DNA of 64,000 nucleotides from Scenedesmus sp. PABB004 (GCA_014905635.1 CM026548.1:372001-436000), one strand, 5' to 3'. Shown: positions 45,040 through 57,513, numbered from the stretch's first letter. Notes: generated by a model from the sequence alone, not told the origin. Translations and numbers: made by a program.

Positions 45040-48000
45040 ATGGACGCCACGGCGCCGGCCAAGCTGGGGCTGGAGGGCGCGGAGGGCCGGGACCTGGATG
45101 CCGTCGAGGGCGACTTCCAGCAGGCGCGTCGCGGCGCGCTCGCGCACCACTCACGCCAGTCCTAGACCCGCCCCTGATCTCCCGGCGCGCGGCGGCGGTC
45201 CCGCGTGGCCGCGCCAGCAGCCGCGGCGGCGCGCGCGCAGCGCGGCGCGGCGCCCTCTCCCGCGACGGCCGCCGCGCGCCCCGGCCTGCGTGCCGCCCCA
45301 CAGGTGGTGGCGGAGCTTGCGGGCGACAAGGGGCTGGAGCGCTTCCGCATTGAGTACGAGAAGCTCTTCCGCGCCCTCAAAAAGAGCCACGGTGCGCGGC
45401 ACGCGCGCGCGCCGCCGCGTGCCGCGCCGCCGCGCCCTGGCGCGCCCGCGGCGCCGCCTGCCGTCCGGCTGGCCGCGAGCCCCGGCGCGCTCCTGCGCCG
45501 CCGCGGCAGACAATGAGAAGCGCCTGGTGCGCAAGTGCCGGGAGCTCAACTCGGAGATCGTCGGCAACGCGGCCAAGGTGGCGACGGCGCTCAAGCTGAG
45601 CGAGGAGGACCAGCAGACGATCCTGGCGCTCAAGCGGGAGATCGAGAAGGCCTGGAAGTCGGTCGACGCCAGCCACGACAAGGCGCGGCGCTGCCGTGCG
45701 CTGGTCGCTGCGCGCTGCGCCCTGCGCGCTGGTCGCTGCATGCCGCGCCGCCGCCCGGCGCGCCGCGACGCCGCCGCGACGCCGCTGCGACGCCGCCGCG
45801 ACGCCGCCGCGACGCCGCCACGCGCGCGCGCCGCCGCGCGTGCGCAGGAGGCCCAGGCCAAGGAGGCGATCGGGCAGCTCAAGGCTGAGATCGCCAACCT
45901 CACGCACCTCGCCGAGGCCGGCAGCGCGCTGAGCTCGGGCGAGGAGGCGACGCTCGCGGAGCTGATGCGGCAGAAGGAGGAGCTCACCCACGAGCGCGAC
46001 GCGCAGGCGCGTGGGGGAGGGGAGGAGATGGGGGCGGCGGCGGCTGCGCGGCAAGCCGGGGCGCGCCTGCGCGGGGCCGGCGCGCGGCGGCGACCGCGCA
46101 CCGCCCCGCCGCGCGCGCCGCAGGTGGGGCAGATCCTGGCGCTGCGGTCGGACCTAATGGAGGCGGCGGAGAAGGCGCGGCGCGTAGAGGCGGACAAGCT
46201 GCAGCTGGAGGCTGACATCGGGGGCCTGAAGCAGCAGGCGCGCCGCGCAGCGCGGCGCAGCCCGCTTGCTGGCGGCTGCGTCGCACCTCGCCTCGCCTCG
46301 CCTCGCCTCGCCTCGCCTCGGCTGGCTAGCTGGCTGGCTGGCCCGGGCTGCTGCTGCGGCGGTGCCCGGCGCACCGCCCGCTACCGCGCTCACGCTCGCG
46401 CCGCCCGCGCAGGTCGCGGAGAAGCGGTCCGAGGCGGAGCGCGAGGCGCGGCGGCGCGAGCGTCTGGACAAGGAGGCGCGCGACCTGCGGGCGCAGGTGG
46501 AGGCCGTGAACACCGAGGTGCGGCGAGGGGCGGCGGACAGCCCCGGCCGCGGCGGCCGCGCCGCGCCGAGGCGCGCGCGCACCCTGCGGCGGCGGACGCG
46601 CGCGCCGCCCGCTGCGCCGCGCAGGCCCGCAGCAAGCAGCTGGACATCGCCGGCGCGGAGGAGCAGGTCGCGCGGCTGGAGGGTCAGCTCAAGGAGGCGC
46701 GCAGCGCGACCGAGCGCGTGCAGAAGGACTGCAACGGCCTCAGCGAGAAGGTGCGCGGGCAGTGGCGCGGCGGCGCGGTGTGCATTCATGGCTCGGGGCC
46801 GCGCGCGCGCGCGGCGTGCGCTGCGGCCGACGGCGCCAGGGCCTGGCGTTGCTGGAGCGGGCGGCGCGGACACGCGCTGGCGTTCACCTGCGCGGCCCGG
46901 CCCGTGGCGCGGCAGGTGACCAAGCTGCACCGCGACCTGGAAGACGCGGTCCACGCCAACGCGCAGCTGCTCGCTGAGAGCGGCGCGCGGCAGGTGGAGC
47001 TGCGCGGCAAGGAGGAGGAGGGCGCCGCGCTGCGCCTGGAGATGGCCAAGGTCGTCAAGGTGCGGCGAGGGGGGCTCGCGGGGCCAGGCACGCGCCGCCC
47101 GCTGCACGCGCCGCGTCCGCCCGCTGCACGCGCCGCGTGCCGCCGGCGGCACGCGCGCGCGCTGCGGGCGCTGCCCGCCCGGGTGTGCTGCGCGGCGACG
47201 GTGCCCGCCTCGCCCGGTGCGACGGCGCCAGGTCAAGGACGCGACGGTGAAGCGCATGCGGGGCCTGGAGGAGGCCAAGGCGGCCGTGGAGGCGGAGCGC
47301 GATGCGCTCAAGGCGGCGGTGTCGGCGCTCGAGCGCGACGTCGCCGACGCGCGGCGCGGCGCCGACTCGGAGCGGCGCCAGCTGGAGGAGCTCGCGCACG
47401 AGCGCGACGTGCTCAACCGGCTGCGCACGCAGGTGGGGCGGGGCGCCCGCGCGGCGGGAACGCGCTGCGCGGCGGGGTCGCGCGGGCGGCCGGGCGCGGC
47501 GGCCCTCGCGCAGGGGCGGCTGCGCAGGCAGGCGCGCGTCCGCGCCGACCGCTGGCGGCGCTGCCGCTGCCGCGCCTGCTGCCGCGCAGGCCGACTCTGC
47601 GACGCAGAAGCAGGCCGACCTGGTGCGGATGACCGAGAGCACCAAGCGCACGCTGGAGCAGGAGGTCGCGGCGTACAGGTGCGCCCGGCGCGGCGGCGAG
47701 GGCGGGGCCGCGGCCCGCGGCGGCGGCGCTCCGCGCTGCGTGTGGCGCGGGTGGCGAGCGCGCGCCGAGCGCCGAGCGCGGCGGGGCGTCGCGCGCGCGG
47801 CGCAGGGCCGAGGCGCAGCGCTCGGCGAAGCAGCTGGTGTCGCTGGAGAAGGAGCGGGAGAGGTACATCGCCGAAGCGAACGAGGCGACGGCGCGGCACA
47901 CGCAGGTACGGCGCGGCGCGCTGGTGTGCGTGCGGGGAAGGAGGGTGCGCGGCGCCCGCCGCCTTGGCGCTCGCGCCGGCGCCGCTGTGCGCGACAAGCC

Positions 48001-50145
48001 GCGCCGCTGACCCCCGGCGCCAGGCGCTGGACGAGGTCCGCGTGCGCGAGGCGGCGCTGGTGGAGCTGCAGCGCCGCATCGGCGACGGCGAGGGGCGGCT
48101 GAAGGCGCAGCAGGCGCTGTACGAGGCGGTGCGGGCGGACCGCAACATGTACAGCAAGTCCCTCATCGAGGCACAGGTGCGTGGGTGGGTGTGTGGCTGT
48201 GTGGCTGTGGGTGTGGGTGTGTTTGTGTGTGTTGGGTGTGTTTGTGTGGTGGCTGCGGGGGCGCCTGCTGCGCGTCCAAGCTGCCGCCGCAGCCCTGAGT
48301 CCGCGCGCGTGCGGCGTGCGCGCGCCGGACCCCTGACCCGCGCCCGCCCGACTCCGCGCCGCGCCGCCTCAATTTAAATGCTGCTGCGCGCGCCTGACGG
48401 CATCACTCAGGACGAGATCGGCGAGATGAAGCGCAAGTTCAAGATCCTGGGCCACCAGGTGGAGCAGCTCAAGGAGGAGATCAGCGCCAAGGACCTCGCG
48501 CTCGTCAAGGAGCACTTTGACCACATGAAGGCGCGGCGCCCGGCGCTGGCTTGCGGCTCACAGTGTCACGGCCCTGAGCCAGGGCTCAGGGCCGTGTCAG
48601 CGCAGGGCTGCGTCGGGCGGCAGCAGGGCGGCGCGCGTATCACCGCCGCCGCCGCGCGCCGCCGCGCCGCGCCAGGTCGAGAAGGAGAAGGAGGCGCTGC
48701 GCGCGGAGCTGACCAAGGCGCGGGGGAGCATCGGCGAGGCCGAGGCCGCCATCGGGGGGCAGAAGGCGCAGCTGGAGAAGCTAAACCACGTGGTGACAGA
48801 GGCGGACGCGGGTGCGCGCGGCGCGGCGCCGCCGCCGGGGCGGCGCGCAGGGGCGCGGCGCGCGCATTGCCCCCCGGGCCTGGGCCTGAGCCTGGGCGCC
48901 ACACCACCGCCGCGCGCGGTGCGTCCACTGCGCCCGCAACGCGCCCGCGCCCGCGCCGTGCAGAGCGGCTGCGCCAGAAGAAGGAGCTGGAGCTGGTGCT
49001 GGGCGAGCGCGACATCCTGGGCACGCAGCTCGTGCGGCGCAACGACGAGCTCGCGCTGCTGTACGAAAAGGTCAAGATCCAGCAGTCCACGCTCACGCGC
49101 GGGCAGGCGCAGTACCGCGACAGGTGTGCTGACCGCGCGCGCGCGGGAGGGGAGAGGGCTGAGGGTCGTGGGAGCGGCCGGGCGGCGGCGGGCAGGCAGG
49201 GCGGCGCCGGCGCGCGGCGCCGGCTGGCAGCGACCGTCACCGCCGCCGGCCGCCCACCCCGCCGCCGCGCGCCGGTCACTCCGCCCCGCCCGACCCCGCC
49301 CTGCCGCGCCGCCACGCCCCGCCCCACCCCGCTGCCGCGCGCCGTTCACCCCGCCCCGCCCCACCCCACCCCGCCCCGCCCCGCTGCCACGCCCACCCCG
49401 CCCCGCCCCGCCCTGCCCGCCGGTCACTCCGCCCCCGCCGCTGGTGCCAGGCTGGGCGAGATCCGTGTGCTCAAGATCAAGCTGGCTGACTTGCGGCGCG
49501 AGATGCACGTCCTGCGCACCGGCGTGGCCAACGTCGATGTGCTCAAGCGCGAGGCGAGGAGCTCGCGGCGGCGCCCGCGGCGGCAGCGGCGCCGGCACAG
49601 CGGGCGGGGCTGCGCCGGCGGCGCGGCGCGCGGCCCCGCCGACGACGCCCCGCCTCTGCGCGTGCGCGGCGCGCGCCCGCAGGTCGCGAGCCTGGGCCGG
49701 CAGCTGCTGCAGGAGCGCACCAAGGTGCGCGCGCTGAGCGAGGAGCTGGAGACCCCGCTCAACGTCCACCGGTGCGCGCGCGCGCGCCCGCGCTCGCCCG
49801 CCCGCGCGCCCCGCGCCGACGCGGCCGCGCGGCAGTGCCTGCGCCAGGGGTGGCGGCGGCCGGCGGAGCCGCCGCCGCGCGCACACACCGCCTGCCGCCG
49901 CCGCGCGCGCGTCGTGCCGTCGCCGGGCGTGGTTTTGCAGGTGGCGCAAGCTCGAGGGCAGCGACCCGTCGACGTATGAGATGGTGCAGAAGATCCAGAC
50001 GCTGCAGCGCCGCCTCATCGGAAAGACCGAGGAGGCAGTGGAGAAGGACCTGCTCATACAGGCGCGCCACACGGGGAGGAGGAGGGGCCCCGGTGGGGTT
50101 TTGAAGGAGGAGGGGCTTGCAGGACAGGGCGCTGGCAGGACAGGG

Positions 50146-50182
<37 letters not shown>

Positions 50183-50932
50183 TGCCGCGCGGCGCGTGCG
50201 GGCGGGGGCCGGCCCTGCCAGCACCGCGTCCCTGCCCGCGCGCCCGCCGCTGCGCTGAGCAGCACACATGAACATGCCACGCGGTGGGTGCGCCGTGCCG
50301 CGCGCAGGAGAAGGAGAAGCTGTACGTGGAGCTCAAGGGCATCCTCGCGCGCCAGCCGGGGCCCGAGGTCGCGGAGCAGCTCAGCATCTACCAGGCGCGC
50401 CGCGGCGGCTTGCCGCGGCGCGGGGGCCGGCCGCGGCTGCGGCTGCAGTCAGCTGACCGGCGCCGCCGCGCGCCGCCGCCGCCAGGCGAGCCTGCGCGAC
50501 AAGACCAAGCAGCTCAAGGCGATGGCGAGCGAGCTCAACATGTACCAGGCGCAGGTGTGCCGGCGGCCGCGGGGCGGGGGCAGCCACTCGGCGGGCGGCG
50601 CAGGACGGGCGGCCGCGCCATCGGGCGGTCGAGCGCGGCGGGCGTTGACTGCGCCTGCCACGCGGCCTGCGCAGGTCGCCGAGTACAAGTACGAGATAGA
50701 GCGCCTCAGCGGCGAGCTGGCGGGGCTCAAGAAGAAGTACTTTGAGGCCAAAAAGCGCGAGCAGCTGGAGCGCGAGGCCGGGCGGGCCGGCGCGGGCGCG
50801 CTCGCGGCCGGCGCCGGCGCGGCCGCGGGCGGCAAGGCGGCAGCGGCGGCGGCGGCCGCCGCGGCCGCCGCGGCGCAGCAGCGCTTCACGGGCGGCGGCT
50901 TCTCGCTGAGCAGCAGCACGGTGGCGGGGTGA
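45040..50932 (+). CDS. CFAP58: Cilia- and flagella-associated protein 58 (FAP58/FAP189/CCDC147 family)
   Basis: LERFRIEYEKLFRALKKSHDNEKRL..LYEAVRADRNMYSKSLIEAQDEI..ERDILGTQLVRRNDELALLYEK..ELETPLNVHRWRKLEGSDP..RFTGGGF. Twenty introns, eight GC-AG. Confidence 0.95.
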
Positions 50933-51230
50933 GCGAGGCGAGAGCAGGGCGGCGTCGGCGGCGGCGGCGCGCGCAGCGCTCGGGCAGCGCGCTCGTCGCG
51001 CGTGTAGCTCGCCGCGGCCACGCCGCGGTCGCGACGTGGTTACAGAAGCGTCACACAGCCAGGGCCGGGGCGGCGCGCACGGGCGGTGCCGCAGCGGCAC
51101 ATCTGTCACTCGCCGAAAGCGCACGTCTCCGCGCGTCGCCGCTGCGCGCCCCCCGCTGCGCGCGACCGCCTGGTGCGTGCAGAGCGCCCCGCGCTGCCCA
51201 AGGACCGCCCGCCGACCGCCCGCGACGCCC

Positions 51231-52706
51231 ATGGCCGCCACGCTCGCGCCCTGCGCTCCCTGCGCGCCCTGCTCGCGCGCCCGGGCGCCCGCAAGCAGCC
51301 GGCGTGGGCTGCTCGCGGTCGCCTCCGCCGCCCCTGAGGGCCCCAGCTCCAGCGGGCGTCCCGCGGCGGCGTCAGCGGGCGCGGCGGCGCCGCAGGTGCG
51401 CCGCTGCTGCTGCCGCGCCGGCGCGCCGGCGCGCCGGCGCGTGCGCGGCCGTCCGCCGCCTGGCAGCGCCGCGGCCGCGTGCCCTGGGCCGGCGCAGCAG
51501 CGGTGCCGGGCATCTGACCCTCGCCGCCGCCGACCGCCGCGGACCGCGCGACGCAGCAGCAGCAGCAGGCGCGCCCGCGCCCGCCGCCGCGCGGCATGGC
51601 CATGCCACCGATGCCGCTCGGCCCCAACGGCCGCCCCATGGTGATAGGCCCGGACGGCAAGCCCGTGGAGGTGCGTCCGTGCGGCGGCGGCGGCCCAGGC
51701 GCCGCTGCGCACGCTGGCGCGTCTGCGCCCCGCGCCACCGCCGCGCCTGACCCGCCGGGCCGCGCGCCGCCATTTGCAGATGGTTCGCATGGACGAGCGG
51801 CCGGAGGCCTTTGTCGGCATTGCGGCCGTGGACCGCGGCGAGGGCGACGACCCGTCAGACCCCAAGTGCGCCGCGGCGCCGCGGTTGCCGCGCCCCGCTG
51901 CCGCCCGCGAGGCCTTGCGGCACACGCCAGGTCGGGGGGCCGCGCGTGGCCAACCGGACGACCCCGCGCCGCGCGCCCGCGCAGGCGCGTTGCGCTGCTG
52001 GCGGCGGGCGACCTCGCGGTGCTGCTCGCGTTTGCAGCGATCGGGCGCAGCAGCCACGGCGAGCCGGTGACGGTCGCGACGACGCTCACCACGGCGGCGC
52101 CGTTCATCGTCGGTGCGCGCCCGCGTGGCCGCGGCGCAGCGCGTGGTGGCCGCCAGGCAGCGGCGCGCGCGCGCGCCCGCCCGGGAGCGCCGGCGACGAC
52201 GACGCGACCCGCCGCCGCCGCCGCCGACGACGCGCAGGCTGGTTCTCCGCCGGCGCGCTGCTCGGCGGCTTTGGCAAGGCCGCGCAGGGCGGCCGCGCCG
52301 GGCCGGCGGCGGCCGCGGCGGCGCGGACGTGGGCGCTCGGCGTGCCGGCCGGCATCGCGCTGCGCAGCCTCGGCCGCGGCTACGTGCCGGCGGCGAGCTT
52401 CATGGGCATTGCCGTGGGCGTGACCGGCGCGCTCATGATCGGCTGGCGCGTCGCGCTCGCGGCGGCCACGCCAGAGGTGCGCCGCGCTGCGCGGAGGGCG
52501 AGCGCGTCTGCGTGCTGCTGCTGCGCCGAGCCCGCGCCGCGCGGCGGCGCACGCACACGTGCGGCGGCCGCGCCCGCCCGCCCGCCCGCGCGCGGCCGCA
52601 GGCGGAGGCGCTCTCGCCGGCCCAGCAGGCGGCGCGGCGCAAGGACCGCAGCGGCGGCCTGCTGGACGGGCTGCAGATGATCGTCGGCCTCGTCAAGCGG
52701 TGGTGA
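51231..52706 (+). CDS. DUF3054 family membrane protein with putative plastid transit peptide
   Basis: Exons give GDLAVLLAFAAIGRSSH..TAAPFIVGW..TWALGVPAGIALR..LMIGWR..MIVGLVKRW*. Confidence 0.85.
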
Positions 52707-52906
52707 GCCGCTGCTGGGGCGTGAGCGGGAGGCGTCGTAACACAGTCAACGTCGGCAAGCGGCAAAGGCCCCGTGCGCGCGGCACCCCCCCCCTTCTCCC
52801 TGCACGCCGGCGCGAGGCACACCTCCCGCAGCGCCCGCTGCGCCAGCCCGCCAGCGCCGTGCCAGCCAGAGCGGCGCCGGGCCCGCCCTGCGGCGCGACC
52901 GCAGCG

Positions 52907-54843
52907 ATGGCCGCCGTGCGCGCGCTGCTGCTCGCGGTGCTCGTCCAAGCTGCCTGCGCGCAGAGCGGTGAGCTTGACGCAGCGTTGGGGCCGGGCGGGC
53001 AGGCCGCTGGAGGCGGAACGCATTGACCGCGGCCGTTCGTCGCCCGGCGGCCGCGCCAGCACGCGTCCAGCGCAGCGCTCGGTCGTTCAATGAGCAGCAG
53101 CGCGTCGCAGCGCCTGCAGCACGTCGCCCTCGCCGCCGCGCCGCACAGCAGTCGCGCGCCGCGCCGACCCCGCCCGCGCGCGCCGCGCCGCGCCGCAGGC
53201 CCTGCCGGCCAGGCCGACAGCTCCCTTGGGGCCGGGCCACCCGCAGCGCGCGAGCAAGTGCTGGGCGGCGCGCCGGGCGCGGCGGCGCTCGGCGCGCAGC
53301 CCGCCGTCGCCGGCGCGCCGCCGGGCCTCAACGCGCCCATCACCCTGGACGCGTTGGACCGCGCCGGCGCGCCGCGCTGGGAGGATGCCTTTGCGCCGCT
53401 GCCCCCCGGCGTGGACGCCGGCGCTGCGCTGACCAACGACGCCGCGGCGGGCAGCTACGGCGCCTATGCCGCCGCAGCCGCCGGCCCGGGCCGCGCGCTG
53501 CTGGCGGAGCCCGGCGCTGGCGGCGGCTACGGCGGCGCCGAGCGCGCGGCCGGTGACTACGGTGGCGCCGAGCGCGCGGCCGGTGGCTACGGCGGCGCCG
53601 AGCGCGCGGCGCTGACCGACGACGCCGCGGCGGGCAGCTACGGCGCCTATGCCGCCGCAGCCGCCGCCAGCCCGGGCCGCGCGCTGCTGCTCGCGGAGCC
53701 CGGCGCTGGCGGCGGCTACGGCGGCGCCGAGCGCGCGGCGCGGGCTGGCGGCTATGGCGGTGCCGAGCGCGCGGCGCGGGCAGGCGGCTATGGTGGCGCC
53801 GAGCGCGCGGCGCAGGCGGGCGGCTACGGCGGCCGCGACGGCGCGAGCCCGGCGCCCCTGCTCGTCTACGAAAACCCCCCACCGGCGGCCGCCTCCCCGT
53901 CGCCCGAGCCCGTCGCTGCGGCCTCGCCTGAGCCCATCGTGGCTGCGGCCTCGCCCGAGCCCATCGTGACTGCGGCCTCGCCCGAGCCCATGGCTGCGGC
54001 CCCGCCCAGCCCCCCGTCCGAGGCGCCGCCCGTGATCTACGTGTGCGGCGCCGGCCGCGCGGGCCGCATCGCGGACGACGTCTGCGCCGCCCTCGACGCG
54101 CCCGAGTGCCGCCTCGCGGCGCCGGCGGTGCTCGTGCCCGCCGAGTGCAGCCCCGCGGCCGGCCTCGCCACCGCCGCGCCGGCGGGCGGCATCGCCAGCG
54201 TGGAGCTGTTTGCCGACGCCGCCACCAACGTCCTCGCCGGCGTGGCTGTCACCTACGCGGTGGCACCCCTCGCGGGCGGCGCGGCCGAGGCCGGCCCGCG
54301 CCGCGCGGCCGCGCGGCGCCGCGCGCCGGCGCCCCGCGTCGACGTGTTTGGCGCCGCCGCCGAGGGCTCTGCGCGCGTGCTCACGCTGACCTTTACAAAC
54401 ACCAGCGTCGTGACCCGCCTCACCGGCTATGTGTCCGCTGCGGAGCCGGGCCGGCGCGGCGGGCTGGTGGGCCTGACCGTGTCGGTCGCGCCGCGGCCCG
54501 GCGCCCGCGCCGTGGCGCACACCTGGGGCGTCGCCGCGCGCCGCCCGGGCGTCGCGGCGGTGCGCGCCAAGCTGGGCTCCGGCCGCCTCGCTGGCGTGAC
54601 GGCCGTCGGCGGCGCGCAGGGTGAGCGCGCGGGGCGCCGCCCGCCGCGGTCACCCCCGGCGCCCGCGGCTCTGCAGCTCACCGCTGCGCCCCGCCCCCGC
54701 CCCCGCCCGCAGGCGCGCTGCAGGGCCTGGCGTTTTCCTTCCACGCCCAGGCCAAGCCCGCCGCGGCGGTCAACGGCGAGGGGCGCAAGCAGGCACGCCG
54801 CGGCGCGGCCTCGGCCGGCGGCGCCGCGCGCAGGCTGCTGTGA
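52907..54843 (+). CDS. Secreted protein with YGG repeats, SPEP linker and a jacalin-like C-terminal beta domain
   Basis: Signal peptide MAAVRALLLAVLVQAACAQ, GGYGGAERAA repeats, and a domain with IASVEL..LAGVAVTY..VTRLTGY..LVGLTVSV..HTWG..RLAGV..LQGLAFSF. Two introns. Confidence 0.7.
53426..53995 (+). repeat. Nested coding repeats: duplicated ~125-bp block, 30-36-bp YGGAERAA units and four SPEP units
   Basis: Block starting near 53426 recurs near 53608; the shorter units are visible in the translation. Confidence 0.85.
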
Positions 54844-55304
54844 GGCTCCCGGGTCCCGCCGCGCACTTGGTTGAGTGCGCAGGAGGGCGATGCCAGGCAG
54901 ATGCATGCGCCGCGTAGCGCAGCATCAACTCCCGGCAGCGACGGGGGCGCCAGCGCGCACTGGCGGCTGAATAATAGGTTGTCTTGTGCGTGCGTGTGGG
55001 CCGGGGTTGGTGCGCGCGTGGGAAACGCCGGGAGGCGGTGGTGGTGGCGGCTTGCGGGGTGGGGGTGCGGGTGCGGGTGCGGCGCTCAACGCGCGCGGGG
55101 GCCTGCTGCCAGCTGCAGCGGTTGCGTTACACTGAGAGGTGATGATGTTTAATTGGTGTGGTGTGATGACGTTTAATTGACCAGCTGCTGCTGCCCGCAG
55201 CCGACCAGGCTCTCCAGCGCGCCGCGCCAGCGCAAACTCTGCGCCCGCCCCCGGTTGCGCTCTCCCGTGCTCGCTGCCGCTCGCCCAGGCTGCCGCGCGC
55301 CGCC

Positions 55305-57236
55305 TCACGGCACGGCCTTGCTGGGGTCCTTCACCGTGCCCTGCGCGGCGCGGCCGGGACCGGGCGCGGCCGTCAGCGCCGGCCGTGCCGCTGCGCCGCG
55401 CCGCGCGCGCGCAGCGCCGCGCCGTCCTGCCGCCCCGGCCAGCACCATACCGACCTGGAACAGCACGGCGCCGCTGGGCTCGTCGACGAGTACGAAGAGG
55501 AAGGGTCGGTTGAACACCAGCGGCGGCGTGGAGGGCTCGACGAACGACGTCGTCGTCATGACCACGCTCGTCACCGCGGCCGCCTCGGTGCCGCGCTCGT
55601 CGACGAGCACCACCGACTGCGCGCGGCGGCGGCGGCGGAGGCGGCGGCGGCGGCGGCGGTGGCGAGGAGGGTCGGGCCGCGTCGGCGCGGCGCGGCGGGC
55701 GCAGCGCCGGGCGCTGCCGGCCGGGCGCTGCCGGCCGGGCGCGGCCGGCGGGCGCGGCGCACCGACTGCACGACCGAGGTGATGAACAGCGCCTCTGGCG
55801 ACATGCGGCTGAAGTTGGCGGCGTCCGGGTCGAACGCCGCCGTCACGCCGAGCGCGCGCAGCGCCGCGCCGAGCGGGAGCTGCTCCGCGCGGACCTTGAA
55901 GCGCGGCAGCTGCAGCGTGAGCGACCCGAGCGCGGCCACGCTGCGCCAGGCCGAGCCGTTGAGCAGCGGGCCGAGGCCGATGCCCGCCGCGGCCGCGTCG
56001 GCGTTGAGGCCGTACTTTGCCTCGTCGGGCAGCACCGCGATCGCGACCACGCCGGTCCCGCGGTACGGCAGCTTGACGGCGCGGTACTGCCCCGCCGCCT
56101 CGGCGTACGCGACGTTGCCGCCGGCGTTGATGTCGCGCGGCTCAAAGCGGCGGTACATCATGTCCACAGCCACCGTCTGCCGCGCAGGGGGTGCAGGGCG
56201 GAGCGGGCGCGGAGCGGCGGCGCGCGGCGGCGGGGTGGCGAGTGAGCGCGAGCGGGGCGCCGCCCCCGCCGGGCAGGGCCGGGGCCGGGCCTCCCCGCGC
56301 GGCGGCGGCGTGCATGCGCGCGCGCGCACCGCGGCCTTGCCGCCCGGGCCCGCGACGGAGAACGGCCGCTTGCTCGTGGTGTCGGGGTCAAACGCGTAGA
56401 CCCAGGATGACTTGAAGTAGACTGCGCGGCGCCGTTGGGTGGTCGGGTGGGCGGCTTGCGCGAGCCGCGCGGCTTGCTCGAGCCGGCCGGCTGTGCCCGC
56501 GCGAGCCAGCCCGCGCGGCGGGGGCGCCGGGGCCCTGGCGGCGCGCCGGCCCTGCAGGGTTCATGGTTCCCTGCCCCGTCGGTCGCTCACTCACCGGCGT
56601 TGGTGACGATGAGGTTGAACTCGGTGCCGGGGGGCACCGCCTGCGTGATGCGGCCGCCCGTCTTGGCCGCCGCCCAGGCGTTGATCGGCGTCGTGTCGTT
56701 GACCGCCTTGACCGGCGTTTTGAAGGTCGCCCACATGCGCTCGCCAAACGCCTTGTTCACCGCGAGGCGGCGCGTCCAGACGCCGTTGGCGATGCCCAGC
56801 TCGGTGCCGTTTGCGGTTCCAGGGGATTGCAGCAGGCCCGCGACGAGCGCCGCCGCGCGCGCGTTGAGCGACGCCTCCGCCGCCGCCCAGCCGCCCGCCG
56901 TGAGGTTGGCGGGCGGCCCGCCGCCGCTCGGCGGCGCGAGCGCCGCCCACAGCTGCTGCTGCGTGCTGCTGAGCGGGCCTGCGGCGGCGCCGGCGGCGGC
57001 GGGCGCGGTTGGCGGCGGGCGGCGACCGCCAGCTGCCGCCGGCGGGTGACGCCGCCGAGCCGCCAAACTGACCGCCCCGTGACGCCGCTCTCACCGGCTC
57101 CGTTCAGCACGATGACCAGTGCCAACCACACCGAGAGCGGGCTGACGAACGCGCCGGCTGGCAGGCCTGCGAGGGCCCCCGACTTGAGCAGCTCCCGATA
57201 GAGAGCCGCGCCGAACGCCACGGCCGCGTCAGACAT
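55305..57236 (-). CDS. Serpin with inhibitory-type hinge and no signal peptide
   Basis: FVSPLSV, INAWAAAKTGGRI, TNA|VYFKSSW, LPRFKV, VDERGTEAAAVT and FNRPFLFVL motifs. Five introns. Minus-strand TGTAA at 55127-55131. Confidence 0.95.
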
Positions 57237-57513
57237 GGTGCACACACTGGCCTCGACGACGGGCGGAAGCAGCGGCAGGTTCGGAGGCGGACGAAGACAA
57301 GGCGAGCTCGGAGATGGAAGCTGCTGCTGGTCGAGTGAGGAGAAGGCCGCAGCTGCCGACACTGCTCGACACCGAGCGCGTACAGTGAGCTCGCGATCCG
57401 CTGGCGCGGAGCTGCTGAGCGGGCGCCTGGTCAGCCGGGGAGCCGCGTGCCGTCACGACGCCCGACAGCCTGGTCAGCTGCCGCCCCAAACTCACCTCCC
57501 ACAGCGCAGCGCC

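Noticed and set aside
45124..50395. GC-AG introns as an introner transposon family
   Set aside because: I saw no shared internal sequence or terminal inverted repeats beyond low-complexity GC runs; an all-vs-all intron alignment would be needed to exclude it fully.
53426..53995. Spaced repeats resembling a CRISPR array
   Set aside because: In-frame coding repeats in a eukaryotic gene, with no unique spacers and no cas genes.
55132..55182. Two GTGATGA boxes (duplicated GTGATGAYGTTTAATTG) as a possible C/D snoRNA
   Set aside because: No downstream CTGA D box or terminal stem; it looks like a small tandem duplication in a 3' UTR region.
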